Source: Acidobacteriota bacterium (GTDB lineage Bacteria > Acidobacteriota > UBA890 > WLXD01). Taken from it: a stretch of 64,000 nt of DNA. The position numbers and the translations under genes were made by a program. The first letter of the stretch is position 1; the number at the start of each line of letters is the position of its first letter. Positions 47,991-58,433 of this stretch are shown in pieces. The stretch is taken from contig CBDFKD010000002.1 in assembly GCA_965248695.1 (NCBI GenBank), positions 544,001-608,000 on the forward strand, given 5' to 3'. The notes under the pieces were generated by a model that saw nothing but the letters and a program-made list of their open reading frames with translations, was not told the origin of the DNA and made no database searches.

Positions 47991-48045
47991 CGTGCCCCCT
48001 CGACCCACCCGGGCATCGTCGGCGTCGCGCTTGCCAGCCCGGTTG

Positions 48046-50394
48046 TCATGACTTGCCACCACGGGCGTCGCGCACCAGCTCGAAGAGTCGATTGGGGCTG
48101 AGCGGAATCTCACGGATCTCCAGGCCGTCGATGCCCAGAGCGTCCTCGACCGCCTGCGCGAACGCCGCCGCGGTGGGAATGCAGCCGGCTTCTCCGGCGC
48201 CCTTGACGCCCAGCGGGGTGTCGGTGGCGGGCGTCTCGAAATGGTCGATCCGTACCCGAGGTACGTCCATGGAGGTCGGCAGCAGGTAGTCCATGAACGA
48301 CGCGTTCAGCAGCTGTCCGTTGTCGTCCACCACCAGCTGCTCGTAGAAAGCATTGCCAATCCCCTGTGCCACGCCGCCCTGGATCTGGCCATCCAGAATC
48401 ATCGGGTTAATGACGCGCCCGCAGTCGTGGACCACCACGTAGTCGATGACATCGACGGCGAACGTCTCCGGATCGACCTCCACCCGCATGGCGTGGACGC
48501 CGCTCCCGGTGGCGCCCCGGCTGGGGCCGAAATAGGCCGTCGCCTCGAGGCCAGGCTCGGTGCCCGGGGCGACGGCGCCACGCAGCGGGTTCGAGGCCGA
48601 CGCCAGCTCGCCCAAAGAGATTCGGCGCTCCGGGTCACCGTCGACGCGGACCTCACCGTCGCCCAAGACGAGACTCTCTTCCTCGGCATCCAACAACTCG
48701 CCCGCAAGGCTCAGAATCTTGGCACGCACCAGGGCCGCCGACGCGTGGCAGGCGTTTCCGGCAACAACCGCCCCACGGCTCGCGAAGGTGCCGGTGCCCC
48801 AGTTGAACTCACGCGTATCGCCGGTGACCACCGTGACGTCGGCGACCTCGACGCCTACCTGATCGGCGACGATCTGCGCCAGCGACGTGTGGTGCCCCTG
48901 CCCTTGCGTGCCAACGCCGGTGGCCACGTGCACCTTGCCGCTGGGCTCGATGGATACGCGTGCGCCTTCGTAAGGGCCGATTCCGGTTCCCTCGACGTAG
49001 GAGACGACGCCGATGCCGACGTGCCGACCGGCCACGCGAAGACGCTGCCGCTCGCCGTTCTCGAACTCGCGGTAGCCGATCATCTCCACGGCACGGTCGA
49101 GCGCCGGCTCGTAATTGCCGCTGTCGTAGGTCAGCGACGAGAAGTCCTGGTAAACAATGCCGTGGTCGTGCGGAAAGTCGTCCGGCTGCAGGTAGTTTCG
49201 CCGCCGGATCTCGACACGGTCCATACCGAGCTCGGCAGCAGCGATGTCGAGCAGACGCTCCATCACGAACACACCGTGCTGGCGACCGGCGCCCCGCACC
49301 GGAGTCACGATCGGTCGGTTGGTGAACACGACACGGAACTCCGAGTGGTAGTTGGGCACGTCGTAGCACCCGAGCAAGGTGCACTGACTGTTGATCGGAA
49401 TGGTCAGCCCGTAGGGGTCATAGGCGCCGGTGTCGTGCACGAACTCATCGCGCACACCGAGAATGCGCCCGTCAGCGCTGAGCGCCATCTCCGCCTCGTG
49501 AACCTGGGCGCGCTCCTGGGTGGTGGCGAAGAAGTTCTCGCTACGATCCTCTATCCATTTCACCGGACGACCGAGCTGCATCGATATCCAGGGGACGAGC
49601 ACCTCCTCCGGGTAGAACATCATGATCTTCGGTCCGAAAGCCCCGCCGATGAATGGCGCCACCACATCGACCTCGCGCTCCGCCAGGCCCAGCAATGAGG
49701 CCAGCCCGTTGCGGATCGGAATCGGCGCCTGGGTCGTGTCCCAGATCATCATCTTGTGGGCGCGCGCGTCCCAGCTCGCCACCACGCCGCGATTCTCGAT
49801 GGCGGCCGCAGCGCCACGGTCGTAGTCGAAGCGACGCTGAACGAGCAGATCGGCGGACTCGCGCACGGCGGCGTAGTCGCCCTTGGTCTGCACGCAGTGC
49901 GCCGCCAGGTTCGACCCCAGATCCTCGTGCACGATCGTCGGCTCGCCGCGCAACGAGGCCTCGAGATCGACGACCGCCGGTAGCGGGTCGAGGTCGACAG
50001 CGATGTCAGGCAGCGCATCTTCAGCCAGGTAGCGACTCTCGGCCACCACCACCGCGATCGGCTCGCCCGCATACAGCACCTTGTCGCGCACCAGTGGTAC
50101 CTGGGTGCGCTCGTTGAAGATCAGCCCTTCGATCGGCGGCGGTCCCACCAGCAGCGGTCCGTGCTGCCAGTAGTCTCCGAGGTCGACGGCGGCGTAGGCG
50201 GCCACCACCCCCGGCCGCTCCCGTGCGCGCGACAGGTCCACCCCGTTGAGGCGAGCGTGGGCGTAGTCGCTGCGCACGAACGCGACGTGCAACATCCCGG
50301 GCGAATCGACGTCGTCGATGAACTGCGCCGTGCCCTTCAGCAGGGTGGCGTCCTCGTTGCGCGGCAGCCGCTGCCCGAAGAACCTACCGCTCAA
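48046..50394 (-). CDS. Xanthine dehydrogenase-family molybdopterin subunit (form II CoxL-like)
   Basis: GGAFG, PVRGAGR loop, GQG, GQIQGG, KGAGE. Confidence 0.9.
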   Translation of the reverse strand: MSGRFFGQRLPRNEDATLLKGTAQFIDDVDSPGMLHVAFVRSDYAHARLNGVDLSRARERPGVVAAYAAVDLGDYWQHGPLLVGPPPIEGLIFNERTQVPLVRDKVLYAGEPIAVVVAESRYLAEDALPDIAVDLDPLPAVVDLEASLRGEPTIVHEDLGSNLAAHCVQTKGDYAAVRESADLLVQRRFDYDRGAAAAIENRGVVASWDARAHKMMIWDTTQAPIPIRNGLASLLGLAEREVDVVAPFIGGAFGPKIMMFYPEEVLVPWISMQLGRPVKWIEDRSENFFATTQERAQVHEAEMALSADGRILGVRDEFVHDTGAYDPYGLTIPINSQCTLLGCYDVPNYHSEFRVVFTNRPIVTPVRGAGRQHGVFVMERLLDIAAAELGMDRVEIRRRNYLQPDDFPHDHGIVYQDFSSLTYDSGNYEPALDRAVEMIGYREFENGERQRLRVAGRHVGIGVVSYVEGTGIGPYEGARVSIEPSGKVHVATGVGTQGQGHHTSLAQIVADQVGVEVADVTVVTGDTREFNWGTGTFASRGAVVAGNACHASAALVRAKILSLAGELLDAEEESLVLGDGEVRVDGDPERRISLGELASASNPLRGAVAPGTEPGLEATAYFGPSRGATGSGVHAMRVEVDPETFAVDVIDYVVVHDCGRVINPMILDGQIQGGVAQGIGNAFYEQLVVDDNGQLLNASFMDYLLPTSMDVPRVRIDHFETPATDTPLGVKGAGEAGCIPTAAAFAQAVEDALGIDGLEIREIPLSPNRLFELVRDARGGKS

Positions 50395-50909
50395 GCCTCG
50401 GGCTCCGCGTCAGCATGTATGCGGCGCGCCGCCAGCGCCACCGCATCGACGATGTGCTGGTATCCGGTGCAGCGACACAAGTTCCCCGACATCGCCTCCC
50501 GGATCGCCTCCTCGGAGGGTTGCGCCTGACCTTCGACAAACGGTACCAGCGTCATCAGAAAGCCCGGGGTGCAGAACCCGCACTGAAGCGCATGCGTGTC
50601 GCGGAACGCCTCCTGCAGCGGATGCAGCGTCGCACCGGCACCCGGCGCCAGTGCTTCTACAGTGCGGATCTCGAGCCCCTCGGCCTGGACCGCGAACATC
50701 AGGCAGGACCGCACCGGAGCGCCATCAACGAGCACCGTGCAGGCACCGCAGACGCCGTGCTCACAGCCGACGTGCGTGCCAGTCAGCCCCAGATCGGCAC
50801 GGATGAAGTCCGACAGCAACAGCCGCGGCTCCACGGCGCCTGTTACCTCGCGGCCGTTCACCTGCAGCCGGATGTCAACGGTCTGGGGGCTGAATCCTGC
50901 TTCGCTCAC
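50391..50909 (-). CDS. (2Fe-2S) subunit (CoxS-like)
   Basis: GCEHGVCGACT, QCGFC, NLCRCTGY. Confidence 0.92.
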   Translation of the reverse strand: MSEAGFSPQTVDIRLQVNGREVTGAVEPRLLLSDFIRADLGLTGTHVGCEHGVCGACTVLVDGAPVRSCLMFAVQAEGLEIRTVEALAPGAGATLHPLQEAFRDTHALQCGFCTPGFLMTLVPFVEGQAQPSEEAIREAMSGNLCRCTGYQHIVDAVALAARRIHADAEPEA

Positions 50910-50922
50910 GGCCGCCTACTGG

Positions 50923-51650
50923 TTACTCCTCGAACACGACCTCGGCGACCAGGCCGTCCACGAAGATCACGGTCATCGCATCGCGGCCGACATATTGCCA
51001 CTCCTGCGTCTGACCCTCCGCGGTGAGCCGTCTGCGCTTGCTAGCCGGCTCGCCGAACGCATACAGCAACATGTCGGGCGCCATCCCGATCTCCAGCGTC
51101 TTGGAATCGAGCTTCGCGATGAGCTCAGCTGTCCATTCTGGATGCTGTCCCGCTAGTTCGGTAATCCGGCCGAAAGAGAACGCCTCCATCAGCAACGTCT
51201 CGAACTTCGGTATGGCATCGGCAGCCGGCCACTTCTTATAGTCCTTGCCCATGTCGATGATGACATCAGCACCGAAAGGCTCGGTTTCGAACTCGACCCG
51301 GATCTCGTCACCGACGTAGTGGAGCTTCTTGATGTAGACCACCGTTCCTGCCGGAGCACCTGCACTTCTGAGGTGCGCCCGCCGAGGATGTTGGTGAAGT
51401 GGTCTTGCATGTCCTCGATCGTGAACGTCTTCACCGTGCCTGTTTGATAGTAGATGCCCTCGTCAGACACATGGATGATCTTGCTATTCCTCGAGATCAG
51501 GCTGTGCTTGACGCGAGGTACCGGCACCCTCAGGGTGCCTTCCCTCCCCTTGTATACGCCGTCGAGAGTTCCCTTCCACGACTGGGCGTTCACCGCACCC
51601 GCTAGCGCCAGTGTACCAATCAGAAGAATCCGGGCCGTACCGAGGAGCAC
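50923..51650 (-). pseudogene. Exported hypothetical protein split by a frameshift
   Basis: Signal-peptide ORF from 51650 and ORF 50923-51342 join with a 1-nt indel near 51344. Confidence 0.6.
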
Positions 51651-51861
51651 CTCGTCACCTCCTGCGGGAGCTCTCGGCGAGCAGGGCCACCGAGCGCATG
51701 AGCGATACGTCGCTTGTTACCACGGAATCGCGAGTTTTTCTGCGCACCACCCATAGCGTGGATCCATCTCACGCCGAGACGGAGCCGTTCGACGGCCCGC
51801 CACGCAGCCACACGCCTGGTTTTGCCGCAGTTCATCGGGAACCTGGCGCGCAAACGCACGT

Positions 51862-51899
51862 AGTCTACAATGTGCCCTGTGAAGTCTACGATGTAGACT
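51862..51899. promoter_or_regulatory. Putative PadR operator
   Basis: Palindrome AGTCTAC-GAT-GTAGACT 51883-51899 and direct copy AGTCTACAATGT 21 bp upstream. Confidence 0.6.
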
Positions 51900-51943
51900 A
51901 TCCGAACAGATCACGAACCTAAACAACGGACGGAGCGTCGCAG

Positions 51944-52372
51944 TTGGGAAGAGGTTATCTGGGTGAGTTCGAGCAGATGCTGCTGCTGGCGATCTTGCGC
52001 ACCGGGGACGATGCCTACGCGCTGGAGATCCGCCGCGAGCTGCAGGAGCGCGCCGGTCGACGGGTCAGCCGCGGTGCCTTCTACACCACCCTCGACCGCA
52101 TGCAGGCCAAAGGTTATCTGCGCTGGACAACGCGTCCGATCAGCGACGCAGCGACACTTCCAGGTCACCGAGGCAGGTCTCGAGCAGCTACGGGGCACGC
52201 CTGGCGCTCACCAACCTCTGGGACGGCCTCGACCGCTACCTGGCACGCTCGCGGGGGCCGTCCGCAGCGACACTTCCAGGTCACCGAGGCAGGTCTCGAG
52301 CAGCTACGGCGGGCACGCCTGGCGCTCACCAACCTCTGGGACGGCCTCGACCGCTACCTGGCACGCCCGTGA
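51944..52372 (+). CDS. PadR-family regulator with 99-bp internal insertion
   Basis: LGEFEQMLLLAI, FYTTLDRM, RGGRPQRHF. Confidence 0.85.
   Translation: MGRGYLGEFEQMLLLAILRTGDDAYALEIRRELQERAGRRVSRGAFYTTLDRMQAKGYLRWTTRPISDAATLPGHRGRSRAATGHAWRSPTSGTASTATWHARGGRPQRHFQVTEAGLEQLRRARLALTNLWDGLDRYLARP
52147..52366 (+). repeat. Near-identical direct duplication (~102-104 bp)
   Basis: 52147-52248 versus 52263-52366; first copy lacks 2 nt. Confidence 0.9.
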
Positions 52373-55050
52373 GCCACTCACCCTCGCCGCCGCCGGCCGC
52401 CGAGCGTCTGCTCGAGGCGACGTTGCCGCCGGGGGACGTCGGCAGCAGCATCATTGGCGACCTGCACCAAGAATTCGATCAGCGCGCCGAGCGCCACCGC
52501 CGTCTCCGGCTGGCGATCTGGTACTGGCTGCAGGCGCTGGCGCTGGCCTGGCGCTACTCACTCCGGGTCTCACCGCACGGAATCCCCCTCGACAACAAGG
52601 AATCGGAACCGATGACCTCGCTGATGTCGGACATGCGCTACGGCATACGGATGCTGGTGAAGACGCCCCTGGTGTCGGTGATCGCGATCCTCACGATCGC
52701 CATGGGTATCGCCCTCACCGTTCACACATTCAGCATCGTCTACGGCAGCGTCATGCTCGGTCTGCCGCTGCCGGACGATGACCGCCTCATGCTGGTGCAA
52801 CAGAACGACACGGAAGCAGGTTTCACCGGCATGTCGCTGGGGATCCACGACTACCTTGACTACCGCGAACAGAGCGATTCGTTCGAGGACCTCGCGACGG
52901 TTCAATGGGCGACGGTCAACCTGGCAGGCGACGATCAGCCACCCGAACGCTACCTCGGCGCGTTCGTGTCGGCCAACGCGCTGTCGTTGCTCGGTGTGCC
53001 CCCGATTCTGGGTCGTACGTTCGTGGCCGGCGAGGATGCGGCCGACGCGGACCCGGCGATCGTGATCGGCTACGACGTTTGGCGAAATCGGTTTGGCGGA
53101 GACCCGAACATCGTCGGGCGCACGCTGCGAATCAACGGTGAGACCGGCAGCGTGCTCGGTGTCATGCCGGTGGGGTTCCATTTTCCGTTCGATCAAGAGG
53201 TCTGGGTGCCGCACCGAACCGACGTCGATCAGGAGATAGACCGGGGCGGCGGGCGCTTCGAGACCTTCGGTCGTCTGCGACCCGATGTTAGCGTCGCCGC
53301 CGCCACGGCTGAGATCGAGGCAATCACCGAGCGCATAAGATCCGAGTTCCCGGAGGAGATGGCCGGCATCGAGTCCCACATCATGCTGTTCGAGCACCGC
53401 TATATGCCGCCACAGATAACGGCGGCCGTCTGGGTGCAGCTGGCGGCAGTGTTCGGCGTGCTGCTGATCGCCTGCGCCAACGTCGCCAACCTGCTGCTGG
53501 CACGTGCCGCGGTCCGCGGACGCGAGGTGGCGATTCGGTCCGCCCTCGGGGCCAGTCGCGCGCGCGTGATCCGCCAGCTGTTGCTCGAGGCCGTGCTCCT
53601 GGGCACCGTCGGAGGTGCCATCGGTTTGGTCAGCGCCAAGATCGGCGTCGACCGTTTCGCAGTCGCTATGGCGGACGTCCAGAAGCCCTACTGGATCAAC
53701 TTCGAGGTCGATTCGACCGTTGTCGTCTTCTCGATCGGAGTGACGCTGCTGGCCGCGATACTCGCCGGAACGCTACCGGCGCTACGGGCCTCAGGGCGGG
53801 GCGTCGGCGCCATTCTCCAAGACGAGAGCCGCGGCACCAGCCTCCGGATGGGGCGCCTGAGCTCCGTATTGGTGATCGGCGAGGTCGCCATCTCCGTGGC
53901 GCTGCTGATCACAGCGGGCTTGATGATCAAGAGCGTCATCAAGGTCAACCAGATAGATCTCGGATTCCGCACCGAGAGCATGCTCACGGCACGAGCCGGG
54001 CTGTTCGAGGTCGACTATCCGGAGCGCACCGATCGCGAGAGCTTCTTCATCAGCCTGCTCGACAGTCTCCGCGTGCAACCGGGGATCGAGAAAGCAGCGC
54101 TGACGAGCCATGTTCCCGGCACCGGATCGATGAACCTGTTCACCAGCATCGAAGGTCAAGACTACGCGTCGACCAGCGACTACCCGGTTGTCGCGGCAGC
54201 CATCGTCAGCGCTGGGTTCTTCGACGCTTACGACGTGCCGATTCTGCAGGGTCGCGACTTCCGACCCGAGGAAGCACGCTCCGAGTCCGATCCGGTAGTT
54301 GTCGTCAACGAGTCGTTCGTACGTCGATTCCTGCCCGATGGCGATCCCCTGGGCCGAGTTATCAAGGCCGGGCGACTAGATTCCAGCAACCCCTGGATGC
54401 GGGTCATCGGAGTGGTCGCCGACATGCATATCGGTGGCGGTGTGGGTGGACTCGGAAGCGACCGCAACCGTCCCGAGCAGTACTACGTGCCCTACGGTGT
54501 CTTCGACACCCGTTTCGCGAGCATGGTGCTGGTCACCACCGGGGTACCAACCGAGGCGGCCTCGATCGCGCGCTCCACGGTGACCGACCTCGATCCGAAC
54601 ATGCCAATCTACGACGTTGCCACGATGGAGCAGGCAATGGAGCAATCCACCTGGGCGTTCAACGTGTTCGGACAGCTCTTCGCGACGCTCGGCGCGGCGG
54701 CGCTGTTCCTGGCGTGGGTCGGGCTGTACGGCGTGATGTCGTTCTCGGTGTCGAGACGCCGCACGGAGCTCGGCATTCGCATGGCGCTCGGCGCGCAAGC
54801 GCGAGACCTGCTCGCCATGGTGTTGAGGAAGGGCGCGGTGCAGCTGGCAGTCGGCGTGGCGATTGGGCTTGTAATTGGCCTGATTCTGAGTCGGCCGTTG
54901 CGCGCCATCACCTTCGGCGTCGAGACGACGGATCTGACCGTCTACGTGGCCATCGTCGTGACGATCGCGGTCACGGGCCTGCTGGCCACATTGCTGCCGG
55001 CCCGGAGGGCGACGCAGGTGGACCCAATCGACGCCCTTCGGATCGACTAG
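52369..55050 (+). CDS. Duplicated MacB/FtsX-type ABC permease (ADOP family)
   Basis: DMRYGIRML, LLIACANVANLLLAR, ELGIRMALGA, VDPIDALR. Confidence 0.92.
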   Translation: MSHSPSPPPAAERLLEATLPPGDVGSSIIGDLHQEFDQRAERHRRLRLAIWYWLQALALAWRYSLRVSPHGIPLDNKESEPMTSLMSDMRYGIRMLVKTPLVSVIAILTIAMGIALTVHTFSIVYGSVMLGLPLPDDDRLMLVQQNDTEAGFTGMSLGIHDYLDYREQSDSFEDLATVQWATVNLAGDDQPPERYLGAFVSANALSLLGVPPILGRTFVAGEDAADADPAIVIGYDVWRNRFGGDPNIVGRTLRINGETGSVLGVMPVGFHFPFDQEVWVPHRTDVDQEIDRGGGRFETFGRLRPDVSVAAATAEIEAITERIRSEFPEEMAGIESHIMLFEHRYMPPQITAAVWVQLAAVFGVLLIACANVANLLLARAAVRGREVAIRSALGASRARVIRQLLLEAVLLGTVGGAIGLVSAKIGVDRFAVAMADVQKPYWINFEVDSTVVVFSIGVTLLAAILAGTLPALRASGRGVGAILQDESRGTSLRMGRLSSVLVIGEVAISVALLITAGLMIKSVIKVNQIDLGFRTESMLTARAGLFEVDYPERTDRESFFISLLDSLRVQPGIEKAALTSHVPGTGSMNLFTSIEGQDYASTSDYPVVAAAIVSAGFFDAYDVPILQGRDFRPEEARSESDPVVVVNESFVRRFLPDGDPLGRVIKAGRLDSSNPWMRVIGVVADMHIGGGVGGLGSDRNRPEQYYVPYGVFDTRFASMVLVTTGVPTEAASIARSTVTDLDPNMPIYDVATMEQAMEQSTWAFNVFGQLFATLGAAALFLAWVGLYGVMSFSVSRRRTELGIRMALGAQARDLLAMVLRKGAVQLAVGVAIGLVIGLILSRPLRAITFGVETTDLTVYVAIVVTIAVTGLLATLLPARRATQVDPIDALRID

Positions 55051-55110
55051 CGGACCGGCAGACTGCCGGTACACGGGAGCTAGCCTAGACGGCACCCGCC
55101 GGTCTTGGGC

Positions 55111-56214
<1,104 letters not shown>

Positions 56215-56256
56215 GCGTGTTCGCGCTCCGCTTCTACTGAGTGCTGCGCGTTTGGC

Positions 56257-57117
56257 CTAGCGGCCGTAGATCCCGACTCCGTAGAAGCAGGGTTCGTTGC
56301 TGCAGCCGGCCATCACCGCGCGCACATAGTACGTCTCGTCGCGCCGCGGAGTCCCCTCGATCACCGGATAGTCGTCGTACTCCACGTCGGACTCGATGAG
56401 GCTGCCGGCAGAATCGTAGAGCAACAGGTCGAGGTCACTGCAATCGACGTCGCAGACGCCGACGACGACGTGATGCGTGTTGCGGTCGCCGCGAACGCGC
56501 AGGTACTCGCCGCCGCCCTGCCCCAGCGCTCCGGTGACGATCTCGTACGCCAGCCGGTACCCGCCACGTCGCAGCTCATTCCCGGCCGCGTCGAGCTGGA
56601 CCCGCACCTGTTCCTGCCACTGTTGTGAGTTGGCCGTGCGGCCGAACACCCCGACGCCGTAGTAGCACGGCGCCACCGAGCACGACACCATCGTTGCCTG
56701 GATCTCGAATCGGCCGCTCCAGTCGGGAGCACCACGAACCACCGGAACGTCGTCCGTAAGCTCGTCCGAGCCCACCAAATCACCCGAGGGCGCGTAGGTG
56801 TACAGATCGATAACGGAACAATCTCGGTCGCAGGCAGCGACGAACGCATACTCGGTGAATCGGTTCAACGTGAGCCGAAACGAACCGCTGTTGCCGGCAC
56901 TCAGCGACCCGGTGACGATGCGCTCCACGAGTCGGTATCCGTCACCCAGGGCGGTCGAGGCGACGGCGTCGAGCTGCGCCTCAACCTCGCGCTCCCACTC
57001 GTTCTGAACGCCGTCGGACGGGATCGCTGGTGACGCACCCACGCTCGTTGCCAGCGCCGCGGCAACGAGAGCCGCTACAGGGAGTCTCGCCAGTCGTTGC
57101 ATGCTGCTCTCCTTCAC
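56257..57117 (-). CDS. Secreted protein with two tandem Cys-patterned beta-sandwich domains
   Basis: Signal peptide; two copies of CDxDCS.xDL...DDxPV...CSxxPCxYGVG. Confidence 0.75.
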   Translation of the reverse strand: MKESSMQRLARLPVAALVAAALATSVGASPAIPSDGVQNEWEREVEAQLDAVASTALGDGYRLVERIVTGSLSAGNSGSFRLTLNRFTEYAFVAACDRDCSVIDLYTYAPSGDLVGSDELTDDVPVVRGAPDWSGRFEIQATMVSCSVAPCYYGVGVFGRTANSQQWQEQVRVQLDAAGNELRRGGYRLAYEIVTGALGQGGGEYLRVRGDRNTHHVVVGVCDVDCSDLDLLLYDSAGSLIESDVEYDDYPVIEGTPRRDETYYVRAVMAGCSNEPCFYGVGIYGR

Positions 57118-57179
57118 GGGCCCTCGGTGTGTGGACGGCTACTGTCTAACACGAACCGGATAGGCTGGCCGTTCCGCGC

Positions 57180-57935
57180 TTATTCGAGATGGCGCCGAAT
57201 GGCCCCGATGACCACGTCGGGGTGCTCGCGGTGCGGCGCGTGACCTCCGGCAACCACTCTCACGTCGAGAATCGAGTCGCAGTGCGCCCGGATGGCGTCG
57301 ATCTGAGCCATCGTGCCGTATTCGTCGTCCGTGCCCTGGATGACCGTCGTCGGGCAGCCGATTCGGGCGACGGCTGACTCGATGTTCCAGCGGCGGAACT
57401 CGGGGCGCAGCCAGGTCTGATTCCATCCCTCGAAGGCGCTGTCCGGGTGTTCGTGGTGCCGCGCGAGACGCGCACGCAGGTCGCCCTGCTCGTACGCCTG
57501 GCGCGCCGCGTGGGCGCCCGCGACGGTGCGGTCCTCGACGAACACGTGCGGAGCGAGCAGAACCAGCCCCGATGGCTCCTCCTGGGCACCGGACGCCGCA
57601 TACAGGATGGCAACCGAAGCGCCGTCGCTGTGGCCCACGAGCAGGGGCCGGCGCACGCCAAGCGCCGCAAGGATCGCCGGAAGCTCCCGTGAAGCCGCCT
57701 CGTGCATGAAGTCAACGGACCACGGAAACGAAGTCGATGGCGTCGAGCGACCGTAGCCAAAGCGGCTGTAGACGAGCACTCCGGCGCCCGTCGCCTCGGC
57801 GACCGCGGCCGGGAACTGTTTCCACGAGGACACCGATCCCAATCCGTGGTGCAACAAGACCACGCTCGGCGTCGGGCCAGGCGGCGGTCCCAACCAGTCG
57901 TACTCGACGCGGCTGTTCAGATCGAGGAACGGCAC
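57180..57935 (-). CDS. Alpha/beta hydrolase
   Basis: LHHGLG, GHSDG, QGTDDEYG, GHAPH. Confidence 0.9.
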   Translation of the reverse strand: MPFLDLNSRVEYDWLGPPPGPTPSVVLLHHGLGSVSSWKQFPAAVAEATGAGVLVYSRFGYGRSTPSTSFPWSVDFMHEAASRELPAILAALGVRRPLLVGHSDGASVAILYAASGAQEEPSGLVLLAPHVFVEDRTVAGAHAARQAYEQGDLRARLARHHEHPDSAFEGWNQTWLRPEFRRWNIESAVARIGCPTTVIQGTDDEYGTMAQIDAIRAHCDSILDVRVVAGGHAPHREHPDVVIGAIRRHLE

Positions 57936-57938
57936 CGA

Positions 57939-58430
57939 TCAGTGGCCGCCGCTATCGCGTCTTGGCAGCTTGGCGGCGCGCTCGCCGATCATTTCAACGA
58001 CCCGGGCGACGCGTTTCGCTCGTACCGAATCGTTCTTGGCGCCGCCCACGAACCGCAGCATCTCCCGCCGCAAACCGGGCGGCAACAGCTCGAGCGCCTC
58101 GACGCCGCCATCGAGGCGCTCGGCCGCTTCGATGATGTCATCGGGCACCACATCCGTTGGCGCCTCGTCGAACGTGAGCACGACGTCTACCCGATCACCC
58201 GTGTCGACGTTGGCGGCCTTACGCAGCTCGTCGTGCAGGAACAGCCGGAAACCGCCTTCGCGACGGCGCATCAGCGTCGTGGCGCGCTGCTCGCCGCCAA
58301 CGGTCGCTACCACCGGCGGATACTGCCAGTCATCGAGAGCCGCTGAGACGGCGCTTGGAACATCGACGCACCGCAGGATTCCCTGTCGATAGATGTGCGC
58401 TTCGAAAGCCCACGGACCGGCGTCGCGCAT
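57939..58430 (-). CDS. DUF1905 + YdeI/OmpD-associated domain protein
   Basis: VDVP...PVVATV...LRKAANVDTGD...AKNDSVRAKR. Confidence 0.7.
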   Translation of the reverse strand: MRDAGPWAFEAHIYRQGILRCVDVPSAVSAALDDWQYPPVVATVGGEQRATTLMRRREGGFRLFLHDELRKAANVDTGDRVDVVLTFDEAPTDVVPDDIIEAAERLDGGVEALELLPPGLRREMLRFVGGAKNDSVRAKRVARVVEMIGERAAKLPRRDSGGH

Positions 58431-58433
58431 CGC

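Noticed and set aside
30319-49698. Long antisense ORFs (e.g. 30319-31764, 44574-45782, 48241-49698)
   Set aside because: Shadow frames of well-supported genes, expected in high-GC DNA, with no motifs
48046-50394. Aerobic CO dehydrogenase (coxL form I)
   Set aside because: Active-site loop is PVRGAGR, not AYxCSFR; gene order and neighbours point to another substrate
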